Origin: Dehalococcoidia bacterium
Lineage (GTDB): Bacteria > Chloroflexota > Dehalococcoidia > UBA2979
Reading direction: 5' to 3'
Assembly: GCA_965262725.1 (NCBI GenBank)
Contig: OZ253555.1
Coordinates: forward strand, 384,001 to 448,000
DNA length: 64,000 nt
Under the pieces are notes generated by a model. That model made no database searches, was not told the DNA's origin, and saw nothing but the letters and a program-made list of their open reading frames with translations. Positions 60,854-64,000 of this stretch are shown here, one piece after another; the first letter of the stretch is position 1; every line of letters starts with the position of its first letter. The position numbers and the translations under genes were made by a program.

Positions 60854-62428
60854 GCGGCGTCATCCCCGGAGGAAGCGCCGGGCGGCCGGGTGCGCTTGCT
60901 GCGCGGTCCCTTCCCGCGAGAGCCGTCCCCGGACGCGCCGTCGCGCGACTGGTCCCGCTGCTCCGGTTCGGATTCCTTCCCGCCGTCCTCTTCCGCCATC
61001 CCTTCGAGCCACAGATCGACGCGCCTGCGGCCCTCGGCGCGCTGGGCCGCGATCTCCTCCTCGGTGAGCAGGTAGGCGGACGCCTCCTCGCGGATGCGCG
61101 CGGCCGTCTCCGGGTTCCCGTCGTCCGGCTTGCGCACCTCCATCGAGAAGGCGGGCGCGCGCTCCGTGCCCACCGTCGCGCGCACGTAGGCGTGGTGCAC
61201 GGGCAGGGAGACGACGTCCTCCTCGGAGACGCGCTCGCGGTCGAGCTCCCAGACGAGCTGGCGCGCGTCCGAGCCCGCCACCTGGAAGACGGCGAGGCAG
61301 CCGACGTTGGCGAGCAGCGTGCTGCGCAGCGTGCGGGAGAGGTCGTCGAGCTTGTCGAGGCTCTGCGTGGCGAGCACGAAGCTCGCGCCGTACTTGCCCC
61401 AGCTCCGAGAGCATCGACTCGTAGTCGACGCCCGGCATCGACTGCATCTCGTCGACGACCACGAGCGCGCCGCGCCGTTGCGCCTGGGGCAGCTCGCCCT
61501 GCTCGCGGATGACGGCGTCCGTGAGGTTGAGGATCGAGGCCCCGACGAGCGCGGCGACGTCCTTGCCGGCCGCGCCCTGCGCGGTGGAGACGAGCAGCAC
61601 GCCGCCATCGAGGATCGTGCGCCGCAGGTCGATCGTGGAGCGGGGCTGACCGAGGATGGCGCGCGCCCGCTTCGAGGAGGCGTAGTAGGAGAGCCGCGTC
61701 TGCACGGGCGCGAGCGCGTCGGCGCGGTACTCGCGGCGCCAGCCCCGGAAGTCGCGCTCCCACCAGTCCAGCAGGAACTCGTCGCTCACGCGCTTCAGCA
61801 CGAGGGTGCGGAAGCGGTCGTCGGAGAGCAGGCGCAGCCCGTCGAGGATCGTGTACTGCTCCTCGGCGGCGGTGGCGGGGTGGGCGTTGTGCTCGTGCAG
61901 GGTCTTCACGACCTGCTCGAGGATCGACTGCATGCGCGGTCCCCACTGCTCCCAGAGCCCCTTCGCCACGCGCACGACCGAGTCGGCGGTGCGGTCGCGG
62001 TCGGCGAAGACGCGCGTGTCGAGCAGGTTGATGCCGGGGTAGCCGCTCTCGCCCGCGAGGTCGAGCAGGCGTACCTGCCCCGCCAGGGACTCGGGGACCT
62101 GCTGGAGGATGTCGGCGACGAGGTCGGCGTGGGGGTCGACGACGACGATCGCGTCGCCATCGCGGCCCGCCGCCTTCTCGCGCAGCCTGTGCGCGACGAG
62201 GTGCTGCATGAGCGTCGACTTGCCCATGCGCGTGCGCGCGACGTAGAGGTGGTGGCGGCGCAGCAGGTCGTCGGGGAAGCGGATCTCCCGCGGCGCGCCC
62301 GCCGTCGTCTGGCCGACGAGCGCCCCGCCGCTTACGTCCCTCGCCTGGGGGACGAGCACCCGCGCCCCGGAGCGCGCGACGAGCGGCGTCTCGTCCTTCG
62401 CCCCCGGCGGGTGCCAGAGCGCCACGGC
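60850..62428 (-). pseudogene. VirD4/TraD-like coupling protein, 5'-truncated, frameshift at the C-run 61397-61400
   Basis: ARTRMGKST, VVDPHAD, VVDEMQ, ELG/KYG..LATQ, LLANVG. Confidence 0.85.
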
Positions 62429-62686
62429 CTAGCGCACGCCGAGCACGCGCAGGCCCACCGCCTACGGGGACGAGGGCGACGACCTGATGCTGGCGCTCGC
62501 CGGGAAGATCGTCGCCGGCGGGGAGGACGCCGCCTCGGTCGAGTCGGTCTTCGCCCGGGCCCCGGGCCGGCAGCGGTCTCTGTTCTCCTGGGCGGAGTTC
62601 ATGTGGGCATGTGGGCGTCGCCCCATGTGTCCGCAGCATGCGGAAACGCCGCCCGGACCCGCGTTGAGCCGATTCTGGCGTGTTCG

Positions 62687-62780
62687 GAACGAATCCGGAA
62701 CAAATCCGGAACAAATCCGGAACGTTTTGAACTCTCATGGAACGTAGCCGGAACTTTCTGTGAACGCCTGATCGCACCCT
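62687..62780 (+). promoter_or_regulatory. Phased GAAC array with -10-like CACCCT upstream of the TrbL-like gene
   Basis: GAAC at 62687, 62698, 62709, 62720, 62729, 62740, 62751, 62762. Confidence 0.7.
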
Positions 62781-62825
62781 AGCCCTGCATCGCCGCACCC
62801 CGCCCACCGGGGCGAGCGCGCGGCG

Positions 62826-64000
62826 ATGCGGAAGGGGCTGGCCGTGCGGGGTTCGCTGCTCGCCGTTGCCGCTGCGCTCGTCTGCTGGCTGCTGCTGGCC
62901 GTGCCCGCCCACGCGGAGCAGGCGGCGGATCCGCTCGCGGCCCTCACCCGGGCCGGCGCGCCTCTCGTCGCCGCGGCGCCGCCCTCATCCGCCGGCCCCA
63001 CCCCACCGGCGAGGCCGATGGTGGCCTCCACAGCGGACCCGGTCGCACCGGCGCCGGGCACCGCCCCCGCGATCGGCATTCCCGGGCTCCCGAGCCCCTC
63101 CGACCTGCTGAGCGGGCTCGACCCGCGCGAGTGGGCGGCCTCGATCCTCGACGGCGTCGTGAGCGCGCTCGGGCGGGAGCTGCTCGGGGCGATGCGCAGC
63201 TTCATCGACTGGGCGCTCGGCTTCGGGGGCTCCTCGCTCAACTTCGTCACGCGCACGCCGGCTCAGGGCTCCTACGAGAGCCCGACCGTGCGCTCCCTCT
63301 GGGACTTCTCGCGCGCCATCGCCAACGCCGGCCTCGCCGTGGTGGTGATGTGGGGCGGCTTCAACGTCATCGTCCGGCGGCACATCGGGAGCCCCTACCA
63401 CGGGGCGATGGAGCTCCTGCCCCGCGTCATCCTCGCCGCCCTCGCCGTGAACCTCACGCTCGAGTTCGCGGGCCTCCTCATCGAGGTCAACAACGCCTTC
63501 GCCGGGGCCGTCGGCCAGGTCGGACTGCCCGGCTACGAGCAGGCGAACGTCGCGCAGGAGGGGATCGCTCTCGTCTTCGTGGCGATCGCGTACGCCGTGA
63601 TGGCGCTCCTGCTGGTCTTCCAGATGCTGATGCGGCTCGCGCTCCTGGACGTTCTGATCGTGCTGTCGCCGCTGATGGTGCTCTGCTGGGTGCTGCCGCA
63701 GACGCAGGGCTGGACGCGCTGGTGGGCGCACCTCCTGGTGATCACGGTCTTCCAGCAGGCGGTCCAGCTCGTCGTGCTGCGCCTCGGCGCGGCGCTGATG
63801 GTCGAGCTGGTGCCCGGCGGCGCCGCGGACGCGCTGCTGACCCTGCTCCTCGGCATCGCCATCGCCGCCCTGACGCTCCGGGTGCCCTCGCTCCTCCACG
63901 GCCAGGTCCAGCAATCGGGCACCGGGGCGGCCGTCGCGCTCGTCGTGGCCGGCCGCGTCGCCGCCGGCGTCGCCGGGCGCGGTAGCGCCGCCGCCGGCGC
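62826..64000 (+). CDS. TrbL/VirB6-like conjugal transfer membrane protein, runs off the window edge
   Basis: Signal-like N-terminus, NFVTRTP, LLPRV..AVNLTL, MRLALLDVLIVLSPL..LPQTQGW..W, multiple TM helices. Confidence 0.75.
   Translation, partial: MRKGLAVRGSLLAVAAALVCWLLLAVPAHAEQAADPLAALTRAGAPLVAAAPPSSAGPTPPARPMVASTADPVAPAPGTAPAIGIPGLPSPSDLLSGLDPREWAASILDGVVSALGRELLGAMRSFIDWALGFGGSSLNFVTRTPAQGSYESPTVRSLWDFSRAIANAGLAVVVMWGGFNVIVRRHIGSPYHGAMELLPRVILAALAVNLTLEFAGLLIEVNNAFAGAVGQVGLPGYEQANVAQEGIALVFVAIAYAVMALLLVFQMLMRLALLDVLIVLSPLMVLCWVLPQTQGWTRWWAHLLVITVFQQAVQLVVLRLGAALMVELVPGGAADALLTLLLGIAIAALTLRVPSLLHGQVQQSGTGAAVALVVAGRVAAGVAGRGSAAAG

Noticed and set aside
59358-62912. 1184-aa ORF
   Set aside because: Mostly an Arg/Pro/Ala-rich shadow frame; only the last about 250 aa are relaxase-like.

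Overview
High-GC window that reads as a decaying integrative conjugative element / genomic island. A Chloroflexota (Dehalococcoidia-like) host is an inference from protein style, not shown by the sequence. Left part: defence and toxin-antitoxin debris (NYN, HEPN-like, truncated SMC/Rad50 ATPase, TIR, hicAB), then a leading-region-like operon (ArdC, Rad52/Sak, CHC2-Toprim primase) and a defence trio (Mrr, sacsin-GHKL+DUF3883, GIY-YIG). Centre: a five-element nest whose junctions can be reconstructed by hand. An IS256 holds a group II intron whose RT gene holds an IS21 and an ORF-less second intron, itself hit by another IS21. Then come SARP/BTAD regulators, secreted proteins sharing a C-terminal 'APDF' domain, and IS110 and integrase remnants. 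Right part: a complete Flp/Tad pilus operon with a LysM-transmembrane-SARP giant gene, a frameshifted relaxase and VirD4-like coupling protein, and a TrbL/VirB6-like gene. Most notable: three promoter-like regions share 11-bp-phased GAAC arrays ending 9 nt before a -10-like hexamer, suggesting an element-specific SARP regulon, possibly triggered by cell contact. All coordinates and alignments were read by eye; no searches were run.
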